Origin: a virus
Lineage: Duplodnaviria; Caudoviricetes
Strand: one strand, 5' to 3'
DNA: 52,248 nucleotides
Virus record (IMG/VR): IMGVR_UViG_3300009420_001906
Span: 1 to 52,248 of that record
How positions within the stretch are numbered: position 1 is the stretch's first letter; the number at the start of each line of letters is the position of its first letter. A model generated the notes under the pieces. That model saw nothing but the letters and a program-made list of their open reading frames with translations, made no database searches and was not told the DNA's origin. Positions 44,331 through 52,248 of this stretch are shown here, piece after piece. The position numbers and the translations under genes are program-made.

Positions 44331-47072
44331 TTACCCCCATACCACACTTCCGGCGGCATTATAGATCTTTAATGTTCTATTAGAACCGTCCAGTAATGTT
44401 GTTACCTTTGTATTGGCTGATATAGTCGCGTCAGCAAATGTGACTGCGGATGTTGTTGCAACTGCTTGTCCGATATGAACACCTGTTGAATTAGCCACTA
44501 CTCCTGTGCCGCCTGTTACTGCTAATGATCTAGAAGCAGCTATTGTGCCACCACCAGTTAGACCAGCGCCGGCTGAGATTGATACACTAGTATGATCAAT
44601 ATGTTCGTTAGCTACAAAGCCACTTAAGCTATCATGGACAATTTCTGAATCTTTACTAAATACACCAGTACTGTTAGCTGTGATACCAGTGTTTGCTAAA
44701 ACTGCTGTTGCAATTGCGTTAACACTTATTCCGTTTCCGGCTCCGACTGTTAATGTTCTAGTAGCAGCTATTGTACCGCCGCCTGTTAAACCACTACCAG
44801 CTGTAATTGTAACACCAGTATGATCTATATTTTCATTAGCGTCATAACCAGATAATGCTGTCATCACGATTTGTGAATCGTTTGTAAATAGTCCAGTAGA
44901 GTTAGCTGTAAGTCCTGTTTGTGCGTCTACTGCTACGTCATCTGCGTTTGCGGTTATTCCGTTTCCACCTATAACATTTAATGTTCTAGAAGCAGCTATT
45001 GTACCGCCGCCTGTTAAACCAGTACCAGCTATTGTACTTACTGCTGAGTGATCAATATGTTCGTTAGCTACAAATCCGCTTGTGCTATCATGAGCTACTT
45101 CTGATGAGTTTACAAATACACCAGTTGAATTAGATACGATACCTGTATTAGCTAATACTGCTATTGAAGGATCTGATCCTTCTCCTGGAGTATGTGTTAC
45201 TGCTATACCTACGCCTGCTGTTACACCATCAACATAGTTACCAGATGTGTCTGTTCCTAGAGCAATATCGGTTGCTTTTGTATGGAAAACGTATTCTGTT
45301 CCACCAGTTAATTTATGAGTCCATCTATCATTTGACTCATCCCAGTATATGGTTGCATTAGCTGCACTACCACGATTAACTTCAATACCTGCATCCAATG
45401 AAGGAGCAACTCCTGAGCCTAATCCAGATACAACTGTTATAATAGCATCGTTAACTGCTAAGTCAGTTGTGTTTAATTGTGTTTTTGTTCCTGATACTGT
45501 TAAGTTACCAGAGATAACCAAGTCAGCAAATGTAGGAGTATCTCCTGTACCAACTGCTTGTCCGATATGAACACCTGTTGAATTGGATACTACACCAGTG
45601 CCGCCAACTACATGAGCTCCTGTTGAATTAACACTAACACCATTACCTGCTGTAACTGATACAGCTGTACTGTTAGTTGTTATACCATCACCGGCTCCGA
45701 CTGTTAATGTTCTAGTAGCAGCTATTGTGCCACCACCAGTAAGACCGGCGCCTGCTGTCACAGTAACACCAGTATGATCTATATTTTCATTAGCGTCATA
45801 ACCAGACAATGCTGTCATAACGATTTGTGAATCGTTTGTAAATAATCCAGTAGAGTTAGCTGTAAGACCGGTAGATGCATCAACGTGAGTACCAGTTGAA
45901 TTGGCTGTTATACCATCACCTGGAATTACTGCTACGTCATCTGCGTTTACTACAGTACCAACACCAGCGCCTATGGCTAGTGTTCTAGTAGCAGCTATTG
46001 TACCACCACCTGTTAAACCACCACCAGCAGTTATTGTAACTGCTGAGTGATCAATATGTTCGTTCGCTACGTATCCACTCAGGTTATGAAGATCAATGTT
46101 GCCTTCATCAGCATATACACCTGTTGCGTTAGATACAATACCTGTTGCGCCTACAACGTGTGTGCCAGTTGAATTGGATGCTACACCGTCGCCTGCACTA
46201 ACAGTTATTGTTCTAGTAGCTGCAATTGTGCCGCCTCCAGATAACCCATTACCTGCTGTAACTGATACAGCTGAGTGATCAATATGTTCGTTAGCTACAA
46301 ATCCAGCTAGAGTGTCATGATCAATTGAAGCTGAATTAATCCATACACCAGTTGTGTTGGATATTAATTGTGAGTTGCCTGCTGCAAAAGAAAGCTCAAC
46401 GTTAGCATTAATCGCTGAATTACCTGATAAACCATTACCACCTTTAATATAGATAGTGCTATGATCGATTACTTTGTTAGCTCCGTAATCAGCTAGTCCT
46501 GTAATTGTTAATGCAGCGTTGTTAACAAAAACACCTGTTGAGTTAGTAATAATTGCGTCACCAGCTACAACATTAATTGTTCTAGTTGCTGCTATTGTAC
46601 CACCACCTGATAGACCAGAGCCTGCTGTTACACTCACGGTTGAGTGATCAATGTGCTCGTTAGCTACAAAGTTTGTAAGCGCGTCATGGTCAATACTTGA
46701 TTCTGATACTGATGCAAATCCAGTTGAGTTAACTGCAAGTAGGTCACCTACTTTAATAAACCCTGAAGATGTTGTATTGGCTGTTGGAAGTGTTTGTGCA
46801 AATGCAGTGCCGGTACCAGTAGTAAGAATAAAGGTTGAGTTGCTTGCTGTGTATGTATAATCAGATATTGAACTAATAGCTGCTGACTGAACGTTAGTTA
46901 CTATACCTCTGGTATTAACTGTAATAACAGGCACATATGTTGTGTTACCTGTTGTACCAGCCGATGCACCTGATACGCCAAAAGCGGTAGTATTGACAGC
47001 ACCGGAAGAGGATACAACCTCTACGCCGCCGACTTCTAAACCGTTCTTAACTCTAAAATTTTGATTTGCCAT
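44331..47072 (-). CDS. Repeat-rich tail fibre/virion structural protein
   Basis: 913 aa Gly/Thr/Ala/Val-rich; NFRVKNGL N-terminus; eight ANE(H/N)IDH-type repeat units. Confidence 0.8.
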   Translation of the reverse strand: MANQNFRVKNGLEVGGVEVVSSSGAVNTTAFGVSGASAGTTGNTTYVPVITVNTRGIVTNVQSAAISSISDYTYTASNSTFILTTGTGTAFAQTLPTANTTSSGFIKVGDLLAVNSTGFASVSESSIDHDALTNFVANEHIDHSTVSVTAGSGLSGGGTIAATRTINVVAGDAIITNSTGVFVNNAALTITGLADYGANKVIDHSTIYIKGGNGLSGNSAINANVELSFAAGNSQLISNTTGVWINSASIDHDTLAGFVANEHIDHSAVSVTAGNGLSGGGTIAATRTITVSAGDGVASNSTGTHVVGATGIVSNATGVYADEGNIDLHNLSGYVANEHIDHSAVTITAGGGLTGGGTIAATRTLAIGAGVGTVVNADDVAVIPGDGITANSTGTHVDASTGLTANSTGLFTNDSQIVMTALSGYDANENIDHTGVTVTAGAGLTGGGTIAATRTLTVGAGDGITTNSTAVSVTAGNGVSVNSTGAHVVGGTGVVSNSTGVHIGQAVGTGDTPTFADLVISGNLTVSGTKTQLNTTDLAVNDAIITVVSGLGSGVAPSLDAGIEVNRGSAANATIYWDESNDRWTHKLTGGTEYVFHTKATDIALGTDTSGNYVDGVTAGVGIAVTHTPGEGSDPSIAVLANTGIVSNSTGVFVNSSEVAHDSTSGFVANEHIDHSAVSTIAGTGLTGGGTIAASRTLNVIGGNGITANADDVAVDAQTGLTANSTGLFTNDSQIVMTALSGYDANENIDHTGVTITAGSGLTGGGTIAATRTLTVGAGNGISVNAIATAVLANTGITANSTGVFSKDSEIVHDSLSGFVANEHIDHTSVSISAGAGLTGGGTIAASRSLAVTGGTGVVANSTGVHIGQAVATTSAVTFADATISANTKVTTLLDGSNRTLKIYNAAGSVVWG
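44811..45866. repeat. ~100 bp near-identical direct repeat pair (44811-44912 and 45765-45866)
   Basis: Both encode LTANSTGLFTNDSQIVMTALSGYDANENIDHTGV; about 3 nt differences by eye. Confidence 0.8.
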
Positions 47073-47094
47073 TTTTGTTGTCCCTATCCTTTAT

Positions 47095-47505
47095 TTATGC
47101 ATCTACAAATTCAACTTGGAATTTAAATGTAGTGTTTGTTGCTACTGGTGTGGCTAATAGCTGAATGGTACTTCCACTCACATTACCTGCATACGTAGCT
47201 ATGACAGCATCGCTCATTACATCTGCGTATTGAGTATCAAATGCTGTTGTGCTGTCATGGTTTATTAATATAACAGTTGTGTGAAACTCACCACCCTGAC
47301 TAGCAGTAATTATATACTGCGCTGCGCTGTAATCAGCCTTTACAAACGAGTCAATTTCTTGCTGACTAGTTGTTGTAGTGACCTTAGTCTTTCTTACTTT
47401 ACCTTCTGATTTAATTGACTTTGTTGTTTCAAGTGTATCATTTGTCGCATTGTAATTTAAATGCCTGATCAACTCTGCCATGTTAAATGCTTTTGTCTTA
47501 GCCAT
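47095..47505 (-). CDS. Virion structural protein
   Basis: IDSF.K..Y..A.Y.I...HD.T.A..TQY domain, paralogous to the C-terminus of 47508..48638. Confidence 0.7.
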   Translation of the reverse strand: MAKTKAFNMAELIRHLNYNATNDTLETTKSIKSEGKVRKTKVTTTTSQQEIDSFVKADYSAAQYIITASQGGEFHTTVILINHDSTTAFDTQYADVMSDAVIATYAGNVSGSTIQLLATPVATNTTFKFQVEFVDA

Positions 47506-47507
47506 GT

Positions 47508-48638
47508 TTAAACCTTAATTCCTATTCGTTTCATTTTAAATGTTGTCCCGCTTCTCGTAGGTGTTACTCTCAGCCTACAATTCACTCCAGAAATATCAGC
47601 ACTCACGGCGTATAAAACACCATTTGAGCTTATCATTCCATACTCTGAAGTAAAGGCGTTAGTTCCGTCATGAACTACCAATGCCTCACTTGACGTAAAT
47701 GAATCTGACGTGTTCGCTTGTATAAAGTATTTAGCAGTCCTAAAGGTTGCCTTGTTGAATGTATCTATTGTTAACAAGGATGTGTCTGCGGATGCATACC
47801 CTGTAGCTTCTAATAAATCTTTTGTTGCTCCGCCAAATGCTAGTACTTGCAATATATCGCCTGATACAGCATTAGCTGTTAATACGCAATGTGTTGAGTT
47901 AGCTGCAGCATAGTCATCTGTTGTTACTAGTTTAACACCATTTAAGAAAACAAGCTCTCCGCCTGCAATATAGTTTAATACAGTACCATTATCGTCTGCA
48001 CCAGAAAAGGATGTTGTGTTAGATGCTACTGTATATTCAAATTCTTTATAATTAGTGTTACCTACTATTCTCTGTATTTCTAATGTGTCACCAGATACAG
48101 CATTAGCTGCTAAAGTAATACAAGTTGTATTCGTAGCAGCATAGTCATCATCTGCTAATAGTTTAATACCATTTAAATATAAGTCCTCTTGTCCAGAGAC
48201 ATAGTCTAATATATTACCATTCTCATCTACGCCTTGGAAAACAGTCTGATTAGATGCAGGCTCATATTTAAATGTTGTAATAGTTATACCAGGACCGCCG
48301 CCTGCTGCGCCGTCTCCTGATGATCCATCTTCCCATGTAACAGCGCCTGAACCATCAGTTGTTAATACCTGATTGGCAGTTCCGTCTGTTCTTGGGATTG
48401 TAAAGGCACCTATTGTTAACGCTGAGTTAACTCTGGCGGTTGTTGCATTGATGAATAGGTTGTTTGCACCTACTGACGTAGCTGAAGTATTGGCACCTAT
48501 CTCAAAGATTATAGTTCCGTTAGAACCATACATCCTTCCATCAGGTAAATTGAGCGCTAGCTCACCTGTTTGTAATTGAGATGTGTTTGGAGCGTTACCT
48601 GTACTCGAGGTACGCTTGACTAAAAATTTTGCTGCCAT
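47508..48638 (-). CDS. Tail fibre-associated structural protein
   Basis: KR.S..G.AP...L..GELA.N N-terminal module; two tandem LNG.KL...DDYAA.N.T repeats. Confidence 0.75.
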   Translation of the reverse strand: MAAKFLVKRTSSTGNAPNTSQLQTGELALNLPDGRMYGSNGTIIFEIGANTSATSVGANNLFINATTARVNSALTIGAFTIPRTDGTANQVLTTDGSGAVTWEDGSSGDGAAGGGPGITITTFKYEPASNQTVFQGVDENGNILDYVSGQEDLYLNGIKLLADDDYAATNTTCITLAANAVSGDTLEIQRIVGNTNYKEFEYTVASNTTSFSGADDNGTVLNYIAGGELVFLNGVKLVTTDDYAAANSTHCVLTANAVSGDILQVLAFGGATKDLLEATGYASADTSLLTIDTFNKATFRTAKYFIQANTSDSFTSSEALVVHDGTNAFTSEYGMISSNGVLYAVSADISGVNCRLRVTPTRSGTTFKMKRIGIKV

Positions 48639-48649
48639 TTTGGCTAGTT

Positions 48650-48665
48650 CCTCTTATATAAGAGG
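48650..48665. repeat. 16 bp perfect palindrome over the RBS of 47508..48638
   Basis: CCTCTTATATAAGAGG. Confidence 0.7.
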
Positions 48666-48689
48666 TTCGGGATCACGTTTCCCCTTCAC

Positions 48690-48872
48690 CTACTTCTTTT
48701 TTACGTCTGTATTTACAGTCGGTTGAGCTTCTATAAGCTCATTTATCTTATCATTTGCTAATTGTAACTGAGCTTTAAGACTTAAACATTCTAATGTCTT
48801 AGTACTAAGCTCAGAGTTCAATTGAGCAATATAATAAGTCACGTATTGATCTTGATTCTTCCGATCTACCAT
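48690..48872 (-). CDS. Small coiled-coil protein (possible fibre chaperone)
   Basis: 60 aa heptad-like ORF directly after a fibre gene. Confidence 0.55.
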   Translation of the reverse strand: MVDRKNQDQYVTYYIAQLNSELSTKTLECLSLKAQLQLANDKINELIEAQPTVNTDVKKK

Positions 48873-48896
48873 AATATAATCACCATTTATTATTCT

Positions 48897-50111
48897 TTAG
48901 TATGTGCCACCATCAACGATTGCTTCAATATAAGCAAGATCGCCTGCAGCATATGTTACAGTTGTTCCTGGTTCAGCAGTAATACCGTCTACAAATACCC
49001 ATGCTTTATTAGCATTGTTTGTATCTCTGAATACTCCAGAATACTTCTGAGTTCCACCAACATCATATGTACCGTAAATACCAACGTCAACTGCATCTGT
49101 GTCAGTTGCAAGTTGGTTAGCAGCTAGTTTGATTAATGAATCATCTATTGAAACTGTAGTTGAGTTAATCTGTGTTGTGGTTCCAGCAACGTTTAAGTTA
49201 CCGCCAATGAACACATTCTGTGCAACACCAAGGCCTCCATCTACAACTAAAGCACCTGTGCCTGTTGAAGAAGAACCTGTTGTGTCGTTAATATTAACTT
49301 GGCCAGCTATTTCATTATTGGCTCCATTAAAAGAAGTGTTTCCAGCAACGGTTAGTAAACCGTCTGTATTAATATCACCAGCGGAGCTTATAACAGCGTT
49401 AACTGTTGAGTTGCCAACTGTGACATTGCCTTTAAATAATGATGTTGTTTCAACGGATAAAGTAGTACCTACATTAGCAAATCCTGAGAATGTAGTATTA
49501 CCTGTTAGTGTAGATAGTCCAGCAACTTCTAATGCGCCGTTTAAGTCTGAAAGGCCTGCAACTGTTAAAGTTCCATCTGTATCAATATTACCACCAGAAG
49601 AAATAGCAGCATTAACTGTTGAATTACCAACTGTAATTGCTCCATCAAATAATGATGTTGTTCCTACTCTTAACGATGTTCCAACTTCTACTGTAGAAGC
49701 TGTATTAATACTACCTGATACGTTTGCGAATCCTGATACTGTTGTATTACCAAATCCTACTACTTTACTTGTTGTAGCTCCTCTTCCAACGACTGTGTCG
49801 AGAGTAGAGGTTGAATTGATATTTATTACTGTTGAGTTACCAGCGACTACTGTATCTGTGCCACCAGTTACTAATATGCTATCGTTTGATAAAGTTGTGT
49901 TATCAACTGTAAGTGTGATGATACCATGCGTAGCGTTACCGCTCTGCGATGCGTTGTATTGATCTCCACTTAGAGTGAATGCAAACCCAGTTGAGTTCGC
50001 GGAATAGAGTTTCTTCGCCGTTACGTCAATGGCTAACTCGCCTTCAGTCAGCGCATTATTAGCCGGAGCTCCGGAACCTCTTCTTAGTTTAATTAAAGCT
50101 GATCTAGCCAT
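48897..50111 (-). CDS. Tail fibre-like structural protein
   Basis: IKLRRG...P...L.EGELA N-terminal module; TGALVVDGGLGV; ends VDGGTY. Confidence 0.78.
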   Translation of the reverse strand: MARSALIKLRRGSGAPANNALTEGELAIDVTAKKLYSANSTGFAFTLSGDQYNASQSGNATHGIITLTVDNTTLSNDSILVTGGTDTVVAGNSTVININSTSTLDTVVGRGATTSKVVGFGNTTVSGFANVSGSINTASTVEVGTSLRVGTTSLFDGAITVGNSTVNAAISSGGNIDTDGTLTVAGLSDLNGALEVAGLSTLTGNTTFSGFANVGTTLSVETTSLFKGNVTVGNSTVNAVISSAGDINTDGLLTVAGNTSFNGANNEIAGQVNINDTTGSSSTGTGALVVDGGLGVAQNVFIGGNLNVAGTTTQINSTTVSIDDSLIKLAANQLATDTDAVDVGIYGTYDVGGTQKYSGVFRDTNNANKAWVFVDGITAEPGTTVTYAAGDLAYIEAIVDGGTY

Positions 50112-50127
50112 TTATTTATACCCCTGT

Positions 50128-50388
50128 TTAATTCTTAATAAAAGGACTTGTCTTCCTCTTAATATCTTTTAATTTTAATGCTTTGTTTACGTCCATACTA
50201 TTTATATTACTCAGGTCGTCTAGCACCTCACGTAACACTGAAACTTCAGCTACAAGTTGCTGATTTTTTCCAGATAAGCTATTAATAATATTCTGTTGGT
50301 TAATCAGATATGTGCTTAGTACTTTTAGTTCTATATCACCTAGCTCGCTATTGAGTATCTTCTTTTCCCAAAACTTCCACTTACTCAT
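50128..50388 (-). CDS. Small coiled-coil protein (possible fibre chaperone)
   Basis: 86 aa; Y...Q...IN.L...N..L.A pattern similar to 48690..48872. Confidence 0.55.
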   Translation of the reverse strand: MSKWKFWEKKILNSELGDIELKVLSTYLINQQNIINSLSGKNQQLVAEVSVLREVLDDLSNINSMDVNKALKLKDIKRKTSPFIKN

Positions 50389-50405
50389 AATTTATTCAAT
50401 CCTAT

Positions 50406-51155
50406 TTAATATGTACCACCATCTAAATCGCCGAAATCGACATCATTATTGGTGACTATCATTACCTGTCCATTGCTACCAGACTTAAATTCAATGGCTG
50501 TTGTATTGGATGTACCAAACAACGCGTTTGAAGTAAAGCTTGAGAGCCCTGTTCCACCATCTTTCACTTCCAGAGGGGCACTTAAACTAGTTATTGTTCC
50601 GTTAATTAGCTCTGAGTTGCTAATAGTCATTGCATTATAACCGGTCGTGCCATTATATTTAGCTCCCGAAAGAAAGATACTCTTACCTGCTACTACTTGA
50701 CTCGGTAAATTATCACCTATGAAGTGTAATGTGCCTGATTGATAGTCGAATGTCCATTCGTCACTAGAGCCTGATCCAGTTTCAAATATTTGTGTTCCAT
50801 TAGAAGCTGGGTCAGTTGATCCTGTTGTATCGACATATACCTTTAATTGATATGTAGATCCAAATGTAGGCGGCACCCAATTAAGTATACTGCTCTTCCA
50901 TGTTCTTCTAGCCGTAGATGTATTATCTTCTGTAGTCTGTAATTGATCCTTTATTATTAACACACCTGCATTTGCGGCAGGCTGAGTAGATGGTATGCTT
51001 GCTGCTTGTGACCATAAAGTAGAAGGCTTAATAATTAATTCAGTAACTATTGCTTCATTGGCCGCTTTTTTATTAGCGTTAGTATCAGACTTAGCTTTAC
51101 CAAACCCTACCTTCTTCCAGAGCAGGTCAATTTTTTGTGCATCTTGAATAGCCAT
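50406..51155 (-). CDS. Virion structural protein
   Basis: KIDLLWKK, W.FDYQSG.LHF, L.V..GGTG...FT; ends LDGGTY. Confidence 0.7.
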   Translation of the reverse strand: MAIQDAQKIDLLWKKVGFGKAKSDTNANKKAANEAIVTELIIKPSTLWSQAASIPSTQPAANAGVLIIKDQLQTTEDNTSTARRTWKSSILNWVPPTFGSTYQLKVYVDTTGSTDPASNGTQIFETGSGSSDEWTFDYQSGTLHFIGDNLPSQVVAGKSIFLSGAKYNGTTGYNAMTISNSELINGTITSLSAPLEVKDGGTGLSSFTSNALFGTSNTTAIEFKSGSNGQVMIVTNNDVDFGDLDGGTY

Positions 51156-52248
51156 TATTCTACTTCCAATTTGGTTAAAGTTTGATTAGGGTGTAAACCT
51201 ACACTAACTAATATTTGATTATTGTATGCTCCAGATCCATTCTGATCACCGAGCGTTTGTTCGTATGCTATATTACTTATGGATGTATTAGCTGCAACTC
51301 TAGCTCCAAGGCCGCAACCATTTGATCCGTTACCATCAGCACTTGTATTTGCTCCTGGGGTTCCAGCACCACCATATGCTGTTGTACAATCTAACCATCC
51401 GTTTAATGTTGAAGCACTGTCTATTCCTGTTGCTGGTGCTGCGATATGTAATGAAGCAATACCTGTTGTTGAATTTAATCTAATATTAAAATTAGCCATC
51501 GCTGTTCTCTTAAATGCAAATCTAAGATATTGAACTCCAGTTCTTCCAGATGAAAGATTAGGTCCTACTGGTAAGTAACCTGTTGAATAATTAGTAACAT
51601 CATGTTTGAGAGTACCATATCTCTGTACGGCCTCATCTGTTCCTGCTACTGTCTGATTTCCTGTCCAAACATTAGACGCATAATAGTCTGTGCTTGAGCT
51701 AAATGTTGGTGTGCCATTTGTTGAGCTAAATGAATTTAATCTAACTCCGTTTGTGTCATACGTTGCTCCTAAAGAAGCTGAAACTGGAATTGCTGACTCA
51801 TTAACACCTGTTGATGTTCCATTGTGTGCTTGAATAATTGTATTACCATAGTTAACATATGATCCATTACCGTTTGTGTTTCTCATTCTCATCTGGAAGC
51901 CTTCTGCCTTTCGGCCGCCGCCATTAACACTCACTTGGAAAGTATCTATTGTTACATTTGCTCCGACACCTGTATTAGCTATCGGCACGCTAGATGCTAA
52001 GGTGCTTGAAGGCAATATTGTATATGATTTTGATTGTGTTCCAAATGCTGATCCTGAATCACCGTCTACGTCAGATCCTGATTGAATACTAAAAGGTGTT
52101 GAATCGTCTCTGTAGACCTGGCCTGCAACATTAGATACTTTAGCTCCAACAACATTAATAACACCGTCATTAGTATAATAAGGAACTCCAGAAACATAAG
52201 TTATTGTTCCAGCATTTGCTGTTACTGATGCTCCATTATGTGCTATGA
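51155..52248 (-). CDS. Large virion structural protein, C-terminal part
   Basis: Frame stays open from 52015 to the window end (...YVSGVPYY...), so the ORF-track start is not real. Confidence 0.75.
   Translation of the reverse strand, partial: IAHNGASVTANAGTITYVSGVPYYTNDGVINVVGAKVSNVAGQVYRDDSTPFSIQSGSDVDGDSGSAFGTQSKSYTILPSSTLASSVPIANTGVGANVTIDTFQVSVNGGGRKAEGFQMRMRNTNGNGSYVNYGNTIIQAHNGTSTGVNESAIPVSASLGATYDTNGVRLNSFSSTNGTPTFSSSTDYYASNVWTGNQTVAGTDEAVQRYGTLKHDVTNYSTGYLPVGPNLSSGRTGVQYLRFAFKRTAMANFNIRLNSTTGIASLHIAAPATGIDSASTLNGWLDCTTAYGGAGTPGANTSADGNGSNGCGLGARVAANTSISNIAYEQTLGDQNGSGAYNNQILVSVGLHPNQTLTKLEVE

Noticed and set aside
44331-47072. CRISPR array or diversity-generating retroelement repeats
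   Set aside because: Repeats are in-frame protein repeats without spacers; differences are not adenine-specific and no reverse transcriptase is present
49099-49962. 287-aa plus-strand ORF
   Set aside because: Antisense shadow of a Gly/Thr/Val-rich fibre gene whose codon bias avoids reverse-strand stops
2957-52085. Remaining short plus-strand and nested ORFs in the track
   Set aside because: All overlap well-supported minus-strand genes or their leaders and lack motifs
1-52248. Stop-codon reassignment, prompted by the gp13 TAA
   Set aside because: TAA, TAG and TGA all end conserved genes at expected positions, and only one interruption was found

Overview
A 52 kb segment of an AT-rich T4-like myophage genome, probably aquatic, with every credible gene on the minus strand. 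In transcription order (right to left) it carries: tail-fibre/accessory virion genes; neck, terminase, sheath, tube, portal, prohead and capsid genes (gp13-gp23); iscU/iscA; gp3; uvsY/uvsW; gp55; gp47/gp46; a ~10 kb island between gp46 and gp45; clamp and clamp loader; regA; hsp20; gp43; uvsX; and the start of gp41. The island encodes a full 7-deazaguanine pathway (folE, queD, queE, Gat, queC, queF). It also has a divergent TGT/DpdA-like TIM barrel, a PurN-like formyltransferase, a phosphoribosyltransferase, a P-loop kinase, two dUTPase-fold paralogues, a 2OG-Fe(II) oxygenase and a glycosyltransferase. This fits a formyl-preQ1-type, possibly pre-replicative, replacement of guanine in DNA. Less expected signals: a preQ1-riboswitch-like leader before queE; a ROSE-like thermometer before hsp20; a promoter inside folE predicting a leaderless short isoform; a terminator-like leader before iscU; dense N-X-S/T sequons in the fibre proteins, suggesting virion N-glycosylation; and an in-frame stop in gp13. 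All protein calls come from motif recognition by eye; no database searches were run.
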